The translations under genes were made by a program, and so were the position numbers. The notes beneath the pieces are model-generated. The model was not told the origin of the DNA. It did not search any database and saw only the letters and a list, made by a program, of their open reading frames with translations. 64,000 bases of DNA from an uncultured cyanobacterium (GTDB lineage Bacteria; Cyanobacteriota; Cyanobacteriia; Cyanobacteriales; CAWUOF01): positions 7,200,001 through 7,264,000 of the forward strand of contig CAVUSO010000001.1 in NCBI GenBank assembly GCA_963744145.1. The letters run 5' to 3'. Of the stretch, positions 22,326 through 31,993 are shown piece by piece (within the stretch, counting starts at the first letter, position 1; each line of letters begins with the position of its first letter).

Positions 22326-24095
22326 TTAGAAAGTAAACACAGTCCGCAAGGTTCCTACCCAAATATTACCATTAGCATTATTATCGTTGGGATCAATAAT
22401 CAGAAATGCACCGGGGGTGATGGAAATGTTATCCGATACTTGATAGCGATAAAAAGCTTCAATGTGGTAGGAGGTCGCTTTGCTATCATTACGGAAAGGT
22501 TTGGTTCCTAGTAAGGTATTACCCGCATATACATTCTGACCACGAAGAGGAGTGCTAGTAACTTTTGGGGGCATTCCAAATATAAACCCGAGGAGATTAC
22601 CTTTTTTACCAAAATCAGTAAAGCCTAACGTTAAAGCCCAGTTAACTATATCCGCAGTATCTCCACTCTTAATAGTTCTGGCTGACAGAGTACCTTTTTT
22701 CAGAAAAACATTAGATTCTGCTGTTGCTTGAGTGTATTCACCCCAACCAGAAATTACGAATTTGGGTAGGGGACGGAAACTAGCTTCTATCCCAAAGTTA
22801 TCTCCAGAAGTGGCTACATTCCCAAATGGTTGTGTAGCATAATCACTTCCAGTGCTTGCTGTCATATTCACAGAAGCTCCAGGATAGTAATTATGAGTGT
22901 AGGTAAAACCTAAATCAAGATTATTAACAGGTTTTAAACCTAACTGGGCTAACACCACATAAGCCCCATTAAATAAACCAGCTTTTTGGCTTGGGTCATT
23001 AGAACTAAAGCCTTGATAAGCTAAAGATAGGTCAGCTTGTTTGCTTAGCTTTTGAACAATCGTTAAACCTGCACCACCCGTGCTAATCCCATTAGTAGTC
23101 GCAGGTCCTGTTTGACGATAGATCGGGTTAAATCGACCAAACCGAGAGAGTGAACCAGTACCAGTAGGTGTAAATAACGGGTTGAAGGCATATACGTTAT
23201 CATCGGTAAAATCAGCGTTAACTGCATCAATGGTAACTTTAGTCGTCTTGCTCACAGGAAAAATATAGAAAAGCCGATCCAGGGTAAATTGGTTCTGGTT
23301 ATTTCCATCAAAGTTTAACCTGGTCATGCGAGTGCCTGATATGGCATTATCATACTGAACCGTATTTCTGGCTTGGAGACGGGTTCGGAGCAAATCTTGA
23401 CCTGTAAAGCTACTGTCAAAGTTTAATCGCAGCCGATTGGATTCAATTACATTATCTTGAACACTATTGAGTGGTGCTTTTGCTTGACCAGAAGATCTTA
23501 CCTGTCGATCTCCGAAGACATCCTCGATCGCAAAAATTGCTTCCGCATGGAGTTTGGTGGTGCTGCTGAATTGGTGAGCTTCTAACTCAGCAGTACGAGA
23601 TTCTAAAGAATCTACTCTTCCTCTTAGACTAGCTAGTTCTGTGGCAAATTGCTCTTGCAATTTTTGTAATACAGTTAGGTCGTTTTTAGTCACCGAGCTA
23701 GTTGAGCTAGAGATTAATTGATTGACCTTCTCCATACAAGCATTCAGTCCAGCCGCAAATTCATATCGGCTCATGGGTTTGTTACCACGATAGGTCCCAT
23801 CTGGATATCCAGCTATACATCCATAACGTTCCACTAAGGATTGGAGAGCTTGGAATGCCCAATCCGTGGGCTGGACATCTCGGAGTTGGGAAACTGAAGT
23901 GACTTGATCCATTGTGTCAGAGGGCTGACTAGAGGATTGGATCTCGTCGAAGGAACTAACTTGATCAGTTGGACCTTCTGCCGCGATCGCTGTGTTAGCT
24001 GCTAGTAATATAGCAGTTACTAATATTTGACGAGTTAAGAAAGAATAAGTTTTTTGCACAACTCTAAACCTCACACCTACATTTAAAGTTGGCAT
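22326..24095 (-). CDS. SLH-domain + OprB-type outer-membrane porin (SomA/iron-uptake porin family)
   Basis: DVQPTDWAFQALQSLVERYGCIAGYPD SLH motif, coiled coil, FSSTTKL, terminal Phe. Confidence 0.95.
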   Translation of the reverse strand: MPTLNVGVRFRVVQKTYSFLTRQILVTAILLAANTAIAAEGPTDQVSSFDEIQSSSQPSDTMDQVTSVSQLRDVQPTDWAFQALQSLVERYGCIAGYPDGTYRGNKPMSRYEFAAGLNACMEKVNQLISSSTSSVTKNDLTVLQKLQEQFATELASLRGRVDSLESRTAELEAHQFSSTTKLHAEAIFAIEDVFGDRQVRSSGQAKAPLNSVQDNVIESNRLRLNFDSSFTGQDLLRTRLQARNTVQYDNAISGTRMTRLNFDGNNQNQFTLDRLFYIFPVSKTTKVTIDAVNADFTDDNVYAFNPLFTPTGTGSLSRFGRFNPIYRQTGPATTNGISTGGAGLTIVQKLSKQADLSLAYQGFSSNDPSQKAGLFNGAYVVLAQLGLKPVNNLDLGFTYTHNYYPGASVNMTASTGSDYATQPFGNVATSGDNFGIEASFRPLPKFVISGWGEYTQATAESNVFLKKGTLSARTIKSGDTADIVNWALTLGFTDFGKKGNLLGFIFGMPPKVTSTPLRGQNVYAGNTLLGTKPFRNDSKATSYHIEAFYRYQVSDNISITPGAFLIIDPNDNNANGNIWVGTLRTVFTF

Positions 24096-24588
24096 ACTCT
24101 AGCATATTTCTAAAAAAATTAATAGGTTTAATAATTAATTAATCCAGTTCAGTTAACCTTGGGGGATGAGAGCATTTCGGCGTTTCAATGATGGCCCAAA
24201 TGCTTGCCCGCCAACCGATCAACTATATATATTACAATCCGGTTCAGTTAATACCAATTTACGATGAAGATAGATTAAATATAAGATGGAATTGTTGACA
24301 ATTGATCTGTGGGTGGGGGCGGGTTTTTGTAATTAGCTGGTAGAGCTGCGAGTTACTGGTGAACCCACCCCTCGTTTTCTTGTAATTCTTCCTCTCTGCT
24401 TTGCTTCGAGTTCTTGTTGTCTCTGTAATTCCCTTTTCTGAAACTCTTGTAATACCTGGTTACGCCATGCTTGACAATCTTGCCGAACCTTTCGCGATCG
24501 CTCTTAAGTACGGTTTATATGGATAATTTTCATCCTACAATAGTTATAATATTAGTGATCATGGGGAATATACCACAAATACTAGGTT

Positions 24589-25056
24589 ATGACTCAATCC
24601 TACGACCAGCAAGATGTCCAGCAAATCCTGCAATTGGCGATCGCTCGTCAAGATCGCGGAGAGACTTTGACCCGCGAACACCTCTTAGAAATGGCTGATG
24701 AATTGGGTATTTCCCCAGAATCTCTTTTAGCCGCAGAAAAAGATTGGTTAACTAAACAAAGTGAATTCCAACAAAAACAAGACTTTGATCTTTATCGTCG
24801 TCGGAAATTCCAAAAAAACACGGAAAGATTTTTGATCGTTAATACTTTTTTAGTTTTGTTAAACTTGGTCAACTCCCATGCTCTTTCTTGGTCTTTATAT
24901 ATAATTCTTGGCTGGGGCTTAGGACTAGCTTTAAATGCTTGGAAAATCTATAAAATCGATCAGGAAGATTATGAAAAAGCTTTTCAAGTTTGGCGTCGTA
25001 AACAACAGTTAGGACAATCAATTAATACTGTTTTAGATAAATTTCTCAAACCATAA
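24589..25056 (+). CDS. 2TM-domain protein
   Basis: VQQILQLAIARQ, MADELGIS, two TM helices with WGLGLAL. Confidence 0.85.
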   Translation: MTQSYDQQDVQQILQLAIARQDRGETLTREHLLEMADELGISPESLLAAEKDWLTKQSEFQQKQDFDLYRRRKFQKNTERFLIVNTFLVLLNLVNSHALSWSLYIILGWGLGLALNAWKIYKIDQEDYEKAFQVWRRKQQLGQSINTVLDKFLKP

Positions 25057-25178
25057 GACAAGAAAGCAAAAGTCCTTATTGATCAATTTATTGACAGGCA
25101 AGATGCCTGTCCCACCAGAAAAAATCACTTTTGTGGGACAGGCATCTTGCCTGTCCTATTTATTTTTGCAAGAACTCT
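25056..25178 (-). repeat. ~120-bp MITE-like element with paired GACAGGCAAGATGCCTGTC palindromes
   Basis: Reverse complement of 27009-27131. Confidence 0.75.
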
Positions 25179-25213
25179 ATAGTAAAATATTTACTACTTT
25201 TTTACGGAAAACC

Positions 25214-27001
25214 TTGAAAACTGCCACTGTTCCCACCCGTTCTAGTTACTGGAAACTTCTTCCTTATCTACTTCCTCAATGGCAAACTATTACTCAAGCC
25301 TTAGCTTGTACAATCGGTTTCACGGTATTCTGGCCAATTTTAGCTAAATTAGCTGGGGAAATGGCCAAATATGTTGGTGAAGGTAAGGTAGCTGCGATCG
25401 CTCAACTCAGTTGTTTAGCAGCAGTAATTTTTTTGGTCAGAGGGATAATTCAATATGGACAAGATGCTTTAATGGCTAAAGCTGCTTTACGGATTGCGTT
25501 AAATCTGCGTAAGCAAGTTTATAGTCATTTACAAAAACTCAGTCTTGGTTATTTTGCAACTGCTCAAACTGGAGATTTATCCTATCGTCTGACGGAAGAT
25601 ATTGACCGGATTGGTGAAATAGTTAATAAAATATTCCATCAATTTGTGCCCTGCATTTTACAATTGATTGTCGTGCTAGGATACATGATTTGGCTGAATT
25701 GGCAATTAACTTTAGCGGCTTTAATTCTAGCACCATTGATGGCTTTTTTAATTGGCTGGTTTGGTGAACAATTATTAAAGGTTTCCCGTCGGAGTCAAAC
25801 GCGCATCTCTAATTTATCTTCTTTTCTGACCGAAATATTTAGTGGAATTAGATTAGTTAAAGCTTTTGCTGCGGAAGAATATGCAATTCAAAAGTTTGCT
25901 TATGAATCAGAACAAAACCGTCGCGCTAAATACTTGACTGAACAGTTAAAAGCAGTTCAGTTTGTGGTGGTGGGTTTTTTAGAAGCAATGTGCATCTTAT
26001 TGTTGTTCTTTCTCGGTGGTTGGCAAATTGCTCAAAAAAATATTACTGGAAGTGACTTTATTAGTTATGTAACTGCGGTAGCCCTACTAATTGATCCGAT
26101 TTCTTTAACTACTAGTAATTATAGTGATTTTAAACAAAGTGAAGCATCTTGCGATCGGATTTTTGAATTGATGGCAATTCCCCCAACCATTACCGAAAAG
26201 AAATCAGCGATTGATTTACCTCATGTCACAGGTAAAGTTGAATATCGTCAGGTAAATTTTGCTTATGAACAGCGTCATGAACTAAAAAATTCAGATCAAC
26301 ATGGTGAAAATAATGTCCCTGTTAATTGGGTTCTCCATCAACTCAATTTATTAGCATTACCCGGAGAAATGATTGCTTTAGTAGGTGCTTCGGGTGCAGG
26401 AAAAACGACTTTAGTTAATTTGCTACCCCGTTTTTATGATCCGCAAGCAGGTCAAATTTTCATTGATGAGATTAATATTCAGGATGTAACTTTACCAAGT
26501 TTACGGCGACAAATAGGTATTGTTCCCCAAGAAACGATCTTGTTTTCAGGGACGATCGCTGAAAATATTGCCTTTGGACAAGTAAGCTTTGAGCTAGAAG
26601 CAGTTCAAGCAGCAGCAAAAATTGCTAACGCGCACCAATTTATTACGGAATTATCTGACGGTTATTATACTTGGGTGGGAGAACGGGGCGTAAATTTATC
26701 CGGAGGTCAAAAACAACGGATTGCGATCGCTAGAGCAGTATTACTTGATCCGCGAATTTTGATTTTAGATGAAGCGACTTCAGCTTTAGATTCCGAATCA
26801 GAAGCTTTAGTCCAGGAAGCTTTAGAAAGATTAATGCGCGATCGCACCGTTTTCATTATTGCCCATCGATTAGCGACAGTTCGTCGTGCTGATCGAATTT
26901 TGGTCATGGAAGGGGGAAGAATTGTTGAATCAGGAACCCATACGGAATTATTAGCGCAGGAGGGACGTTATGCTCGTTTTTATGCCCAACAATTTAATTA
27001 A
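25214..27001 (+). CDS. ABC transporter, fused permease/ATPase (MsbA-like exporter)
   Basis: TM domain, GASGAGKT, LSGGQKQR, ILDEATSALD; ORF-track start 25079 lies in a MITE, so TTG 25214 is preferred. Confidence 0.92.
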   Translation: MKTATVPTRSSYWKLLPYLLPQWQTITQALACTIGFTVFWPILAKLAGEMAKYVGEGKVAAIAQLSCLAAVIFLVRGIIQYGQDALMAKAALRIALNLRKQVYSHLQKLSLGYFATAQTGDLSYRLTEDIDRIGEIVNKIFHQFVPCILQLIVVLGYMIWLNWQLTLAALILAPLMAFLIGWFGEQLLKVSRRSQTRISNLSSFLTEIFSGIRLVKAFAAEEYAIQKFAYESEQNRRAKYLTEQLKAVQFVVVGFLEAMCILLLFFLGGWQIAQKNITGSDFISYVTAVALLIDPISLTTSNYSDFKQSEASCDRIFELMAIPPTITEKKSAIDLPHVTGKVEYRQVNFAYEQRHELKNSDQHGENNVPVNWVLHQLNLLALPGEMIALVGASGAGKTTLVNLLPRFYDPQAGQIFIDEINIQDVTLPSLRRQIGIVPQETILFSGTIAENIAFGQVSFELEAVQAAAKIANAHQFITELSDGYYTWVGERGVNLSGGQKQRIAIARAVLLDPRILILDEATSALDSESEALVQEALERLMRDRTVFIIAHRLATVRRADRILVMEGGRIVESGTHTELLAQEGRYARFYAQQFN

Positions 27002-27008
27002 AATCCTT

Positions 27009-27131
27009 AGACCTCTTGCAAAAATAAATAGGACGGGCAAGATGCCCGTCCCACAAAAATTATTTTTTCTGGTGGGACAGGCATCTTGCCTGTCAATAAA
27101 TTGATCAATAAGGACTTTTGCAAGAGGTTTC
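27009..27131 (+). repeat. ~120-bp MITE-like element
   Basis: IRs ACCTCTTGCAAAA / TTTTGCAAGAGGT around two inverted GAC(A/G)GGCAAGATGCC(T/C)GTCCCAC units. Confidence 0.8.
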
Positions 27132-27512
27132 TTATAAACTTTCCAGGTAACGGAGCAAATCAGCCATTTCTTGGGATGTCGGTTGGAATTGGGGCATCGG
27201 TGGAGTTTGACCACTAATCACTTGCTGAATGATCCCAAAGCGGGACTTACGTTTGGCTACACCATGAAGATTTGGTCCTACTTTCCCATTAGCAGATAAT
27301 CCGTGACATCCTGCACAGTTGATTTGAAAAATAGCATGACCTTGATCCCGATTTCCCCTCAGAGAGAAAACGCTTTTCACGAATGGATCAGACGCTTGGA
27401 TTTGGTAAAAACCCTGAATCAGCAAGAAACTTGCAACCAAAACAGCCAGAACCATCCAGAGGATGCGCTGGTTCCAAATTTCTTCTTCAGGTTTAGCAAG
27501 TGGCTTATCCAA
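27132..27512 (-). CDS. cytM: Cytochrome cM
   Basis: TM anchor, FQINCAGCHG heme motif, GQTPPMPQF; divergent from petG as usual. Confidence 0.88.
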   Translation of the reverse strand: MDKPLAKPEEEIWNQRILWMVLAVLVASFLLIQGFYQIQASDPFVKSVFSLRGNRDQGHAIFQINCAGCHGLSANGKVGPNLHGVAKRKSRFGIIQQVISGQTPPMPQFQPTSQEMADLLRYLESL

Positions 27513-27666
27513 AATGTTTCTGCCTAGACCAGGATCTACATAAAACTTTATTATAAAGAATTATGTGAAATATGAAAAGTCCAGGCTGCACTAATTGACG
27601 ATCAGAACTTGTAGGATAAAAAACAAGTAAAAAATATTTACTCGATTAGTTACTGAGGAGAAGAAA

Positions 27667-27780
27667 ATGGTAGAACCACTTATGTCAGGGATTGTGCTGG
27701 GTTTAGTGACCGTTACCCTAGCAGGACTATTTGTAGCTGCTTGGTTGCAATACAAACGGGGCAATCAGTTGGGACTGTAA
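27667..27780 (+). CDS. petG: Cytochrome b6f subunit V (below the ORF-track size cutoff)
   Basis: [37 protein letters not shown], preceded by GAGGAG. Confidence 0.95.
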   Translation: MVEPLMSGIVLGLVTVTLAGLFVAAWLQYKRGNQLGL

Positions 27781-27831
27781 TCAACTTCTAGTAATACCTT
27801 GTCAATCCCGACATTTTGACCAATCACCCTT

Positions 27832-28374
27832 TTATATGTGCCGATAGAAAGTTAAAGCAGTATTGCCATAAATTTTCTGTCGGCATATTTCTAAAGATAA
27901 GGGGGAAATGATAGTAGTTAGATGGGGACTATGTTCCATCGCTAGTTCACCCTCAGAATCGAGTAAATGATGCTGCGCGATCGCATCTAAGACTGGTTGG
28001 TAGAGATTGCTATTATATGGGGGATCAAAATAAATCCGATCGAAGGATTGACCAGCTAAGGTTTTTAAGCATCTGACTACTTCTCCGGACACAATTTGAA
28101 AAGTTTGCTCTTCCCTGGCGATTTGTTGCCAATTTTGACGGATAATTGCACAAGCGCGACTCGATTGTTCGATCCCAATGACCAAATTTGCGCCTCGACA
28201 GAGAGCTTCTGCACCCATTGAACCACTACCTGCACATAAATCCAGCCATCGACATCCCTCAATATTTCCTTGCCAAATATTAAATACGGCTGCACGTACC
28301 CGAGCTAGAGTTGGTCGAGTATCTAAACCGGGTAAGGTTTTTAATAGACGGTTGCCATAAATTCTCAAACTCAT
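27832..28374 (-). CDS. rsmD: 16S rRNA m2G966 methyltransferase
   Basis: TRPT, WLDLCAGSGSMGAEALCRGA, FDPPY, YGNTAL. Confidence 0.93.
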   Translation of the reverse strand: MSLRIYGNRLLKTLPGLDTRPTLARVRAAVFNIWQGNIEGCRWLDLCAGSGSMGAEALCRGANLVIGIEQSSRACAIIRQNWQQIAREEQTFQIVSGEVVRCLKTLAGQSFDRIYFDPPYNSNLYQPVLDAIAQHHLLDSEGELAMEHSPHLTTIISPLSLEICRQKIYGNTALTFYRHI

Positions 28375-29093
28375 TAAATATGATTGTCAGCATCAAGCTG
28401 TCTCATAATGTTTTCTAAATCAGCAGTTAAATAAGCTGCATCTTGTTTAGGCGATCGCTGACAATAATCAGCGACTAAGATGGGGGAACCAACGCGAATT
28501 TTGGCTTTTGATCTCCAACCGGGAACTAGTTGACTATATTTAATGGTAATCGGTACAATCTTAATCCCCAGACCAGGATGATTAGATTCGGCTTGGATGG
28601 CTAAACGAGCGAGTCCAGGTTTGAAGGGATGGACTTGACTATCTTGAAAAATACCACCTTCGGGAAAGATTGCTAACATTTGACCATCGACCAGTAGCTC
28701 AACCCCGTGACGGAGGGTAGCGATCGCAGGTCGTTTTAAATCTACCGGAAAACCACCTAAATGACGGATAAACCACCCTTGTATCCCTGTGACTTCTGTC
28801 GAAGTTACCATAAATCGGGGATCTCTACCAGTTTTAAATCGTCCGAGCTTATGTGCTAACAAAATTGGGTCCCAACGTGAGCGATGGGTGGGAGCCAGAA
28901 TTAGGGGACCGGTACTGGTAATATTTTCCTGTCCCTTAATTTTAATCTTACTGAAGTAAAACGGCAGAACCACATAAGCCGCCAATGGGTAAACTAGAGA
29001 TGCTACCCAGGGGGAAACATGAGAGGTGAAAGGCACCATCTGGTTAGGTGTCACAGTTAAAAGAGGATCTTTCAATGGATTGAGCTGCTTCAT
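28374..29093 (-). CDS. plsC: 1-acyl-sn-glycerol-3-phosphate acyltransferase
   Basis: HRSRWD (HX4D), FPEGG, FKPG. Confidence 0.88.
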   Translation of the reverse strand: MKQLNPLKDPLLTVTPNQMVPFTSHVSPWVASLVYPLAAYVVLPFYFSKIKIKGQENITSTGPLILAPTHRSRWDPILLAHKLGRFKTGRDPRFMVTSTEVTGIQGWFIRHLGGFPVDLKRPAIATLRHGVELLVDGQMLAIFPEGGIFQDSQVHPFKPGLARLAIQAESNHPGLGIKIVPITIKYSQLVPGWRSKAKIRVGSPILVADYCQRSPKQDAAYLTADLENIMRQLDADNHI

Positions 29094-29200
29094 TGCTTCA
29101 GTCGGAGACTGCTGAATAAGCTATCTATATTTACTTAGGAGTTTAAGGTAGAGATCATGTTAAGAGTCTACTAATAAAACTTTAGATCGAATTGGTAGAA

Positions 29201-29746
29201 TTAATCCTCTGCTCCAAGGACAGTTTTACCAGCGTCATGATTGCGCGATCGCCTCTGAATAAACCAAGATTGTAACAATTGACGACAATCAGATTCCATA
29301 ATGCCACCCAAAACTGATAATTGATGATAGGAGCAGGGACTGTCGGGAATATTCATCACGGTGCGAATTGCTCCAGTTTTGGGATCGTCGGCACCATAAA
29401 CTAACAACTTTAAACGGGATTGGGCGATCGCACCAGCGCACATCGGACAAGGTTCTAAGGTTACATAGAGGATACATTGGTCTAAATGCCAATTTTGGCG
29501 AGTCCTTCCTGCGACTCGGAGAGCGATAATTTCTGCATGGGCTGTCGGATCATCATCTCGTTCGCGTCTATTTTCACCTTGAGCAATTAAGTGATTCTCC
29601 CCATCAACAATCACAGCACCTACAGGTATTTCATGGGCATTTCCAGCTGAAACTGCGAGTTCTAAAGCTCTACTCATCCAGTAGCGATGTTGTAGATAGA
29701 CTGGATCATTAATTTTTTCGATCGGCAAATTACCTCTATTTTCCAC
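29201..29746 (-). CDS. tadA: tRNA adenosine(34) deaminase
   Basis: EIPVGAV, PTAHAE, TLEPCPMCAGA. Confidence 0.93.
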   Translation of the reverse strand: MENRGNLPIEKINDPVYLQHRYWMSRALELAVSAGNAHEIPVGAVIVDGENHLIAQGENRRERDDDPTAHAEIIALRVAGRTRQNWHLDQCILYVTLEPCPMCAGAIAQSRLKLLVYGADDPKTGAIRTVMNIPDSPCSYHQLSVLGGIMESDCRQLLQSWFIQRRSRNHDAGKTVLGAED

Positions 29747-29753
29747 CTGATCA

Positions 29754-30068
29754 TCAAACAGTGGGCACAGCTAACAAAGGATCTAACTGACCTGCTTGAT
29801 CAAGTTTATATAAATCATCACACCCACCAATATGTTGATCATTGATAAAAATTTGGGGCACAGTCAAGCGTCCATTAGCACGTTCCGCCATTTTTTTTCT
29901 AGCTGCCCCATTACCATCAATTTTATATTCTGTATAATTAACACCTTTCCACCACAACAACAATTTCGCCCGGATACAGTAGGGACAAGTTTGCCAAGTA
30001 TAAATTTCGACGTTAGCTTTAATTTGTTCTGGGTGACGTCCGAGCCAAGAATTGAAAAAGTCCAACAT
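29754..30068 (-). CDS. grxC: Glutaredoxin 3
   Basis: CPYC, TVPQIFI, GGCDDL. Confidence 0.93.
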   Translation of the reverse strand: MLDFFNSWLGRHPEQIKANVEIYTWQTCPYCIRAKLLLWWKGVNYTEYKIDGNGAARKKMAERANGRLTVPQIFINDQHIGGCDDLYKLDQAGQLDPLLAVPTV

Positions 30069-30131
30069 ATTTTTTAGAGCCTCATGATTAATTTTTTTAA
30101 GATTAATCTAACCATAGAGCATTTTATTTGG

Positions 30132-30923
30132 TTACTGCTGGGGTTGTAGGCGAAGAAACAAATCTAGGGAAAGGAAATGCTGACTTTCCTTTCCCTTTTG
30201 CACTAAGGAAAATTGACGAGGGAGGAAATTTTTACCACAATCAGCGAGTAATTTGCCACGACGGGTGGGATCGCGCATCACCACCTGTACCGTTGGATCT
30301 GCGGTTGCTGCAATGCGTTCGAGAACAAGATCCTTGGGAGACACCTGATTGGCAATGTAGACAAACCCCGCTTCTACATAGTCAAACTTAGAGCCATCTG
30401 CTTCCACTAAACAAATTTTCTCTATTCCCAACCAGGATATAGTTTCCTTGGCCTTAGCGATCGCGACAGAATCGATGTCGATGCCAATATACTCCAGCTT
30501 GGGATATCGGTCGTAGAGATAAAATAAGGTAGCTGGTAAAGCTCCGCACCCCACCATAACGCAGCGCTGGCAATGAGAAAAATCGACCATCTGACAGAGG
30601 TCTTGCACTCGTTCATAAGTGTTTATACCAAACCCTGACATCAGACGATCGCCGATCGATCTGTTTACTGTCTTGTTCTTTTCTAGAAGTGAGTTGACCT
30701 CCTGACGCTCTTTTGCTGCTAAGTAGCGTCTTTGACATGCGGTGAAGAACTCTTGGTGCTGGGCAAGATAATCCTGTTGCTCTAATTCCTTAATAGCAGA
30801 CTCTTCTAAATTGGCTAGCCATCTGATGAATTCTTCGTGCAGAGCTAAAAACTCATCGTCTTTGGCCGTGGCCAGACCTATGCGATAATCTCCCAAAATG
30901 GTTTTTCCTGACTGGTCTATCAT
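30132..30923 (-). CDS. Nicotianamine-synthase-like (class I SAM-dependent) protein
   Basis: VMVGCGALPATL resembles the NAS GSGPLPLT motif; GIDID, VYIANQVSPKDLVL...VVMR. Confidence 0.7.
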   Translation of the reverse strand: MIDQSGKTILGDYRIGLATAKDDEFLALHEEFIRWLANLEESAIKELEQQDYLAQHQEFFTACQRRYLAAKERQEVNSLLEKNKTVNRSIGDRLMSGFGINTYERVQDLCQMVDFSHCQRCVMVGCGALPATLFYLYDRYPKLEYIGIDIDSVAIAKAKETISWLGIEKICLVEADGSKFDYVEAGFVYIANQVSPKDLVLERIAATADPTVQVVMRDPTRRGKLLADCGKNFLPRQFSLVQKGKESQHFLSLDLFLRLQPQQ

Positions 30924-30953
30924 ATTTCTTCTAAAAAATTTTTTATCACCAAA

Positions 30954-30969
30954 TGTAACTTATAGTACA
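30954..30969. promoter_or_regulatory. NtcA-type binding site
   Basis: tGTA-ACTTATAG-TACa in the divergent NAS-like / nadC-like intergenic region. Confidence 0.6.
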
Positions 30970-31108
30970 ATACTGCGGACAGTTTTTAGGCTCTTGATAA
31001 TGATCGGCCAAAATTACAGGGTTCATTTTCTGTTGGAGAGACTTGAATCCGCAAGCGCTGTAAGATATAGTCACTGATGAGGAAAGTCGAAAAGGAAGCA
31101 ATAAAGCT

Positions 31109-31972
31109 GTGAATCATTTTGGTGTCCTGCCCCCAAAGCTTTTCCTAGATCCCCTGTTACGTGATTGGTTGTTGGAGGATATTGGTCGGGGTGATTGGAC
31201 AACCCAAGGATTGGCAAACAAAGGAGTAAGACAAGCGAAGTGGGTAGCAAAAACATCTGGGGTGATTGCAGGTCTACCAATAGGGGCAAGGATATTTCAA
31301 CTTTTAGATGAAAAAGTAAAGTTTTCGACTGTTGTGCTTGACGGTGGTTTTTGTCAACAGGGTGAAATAGTGGCCGAAATTGATGGTCCAGTCGATGCCC
31401 TACTTATGGGAGAACAAGTTGCTCTCAATATTGTGATGCGGATGAGTGGGATTGCCACACTGACTAGAAAATATGTAGAAAAAATTGCTGACTTACCTGC
31501 AAAGTTCGTGGATATGCGTAAAACCACACCTGGGGTAAGAATATTGGAAAGGTACGCAGCTGTTGTGGGTGGTGCAGTTAATCACCGGATCGGGTTGGAT
31601 GATGCGGTGATCATCAAGAAAAATCACATTGTTGCTGCTGGGGGAATTGACAAGGCAATTACCCAAATTCGCCAACGCATTCCTTATCCTTTAACAATAG
31701 AAGTAGAAACGGGAAGTTTAGACGAGATAAAAGAAGCTTTACAGCATAAAGCTGACAGTATTATGTTAGACAATATGCCTGTCAATTTGATCCGTCAAGC
31801 AGTGTATATGATTCGTCAACAAGACAGTCGCGTTAAAATCGAAGCTTCTTCCGGCAACATTAGTTTAGAAACTATTCGTGCTGTTGCTGAAACAGGAGTT
31901 GACTATGTTTCAAGTAGCGCACCCATGACTCTATCCCCATGGTTGGATTTAAGTATGGAATTGTATAAATAA
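31109..31972 (+). CDS. nadC: NadC (quinolinate phosphoribosyltransferase) family protein with altered active-site residues
   Basis: WLLEDIGRGD, RKTTPG, NHRIGLDD, EVET, MLDNM; but GEQ, DMRK and IKKNH replace GER, DTRK and IKDNH. Confidence 0.75.
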   Translation: MNHFGVLPPKLFLDPLLRDWLLEDIGRGDWTTQGLANKGVRQAKWVAKTSGVIAGLPIGARIFQLLDEKVKFSTVVLDGGFCQQGEIVAEIDGPVDALLMGEQVALNIVMRMSGIATLTRKYVEKIADLPAKFVDMRKTTPGVRILERYAAVVGGAVNHRIGLDDAVIIKKNHIVAAGGIDKAITQIRQRIPYPLTIEVETGSLDEIKEALQHKADSIMLDNMPVNLIRQAVYMIRQQDSRVKIEASSGNISLETIRAVAETGVDYVSSSAPMTLSPWLDLSMELYK

Positions 31973-31993
31973 GCACAATTTCCTTCATCAATG

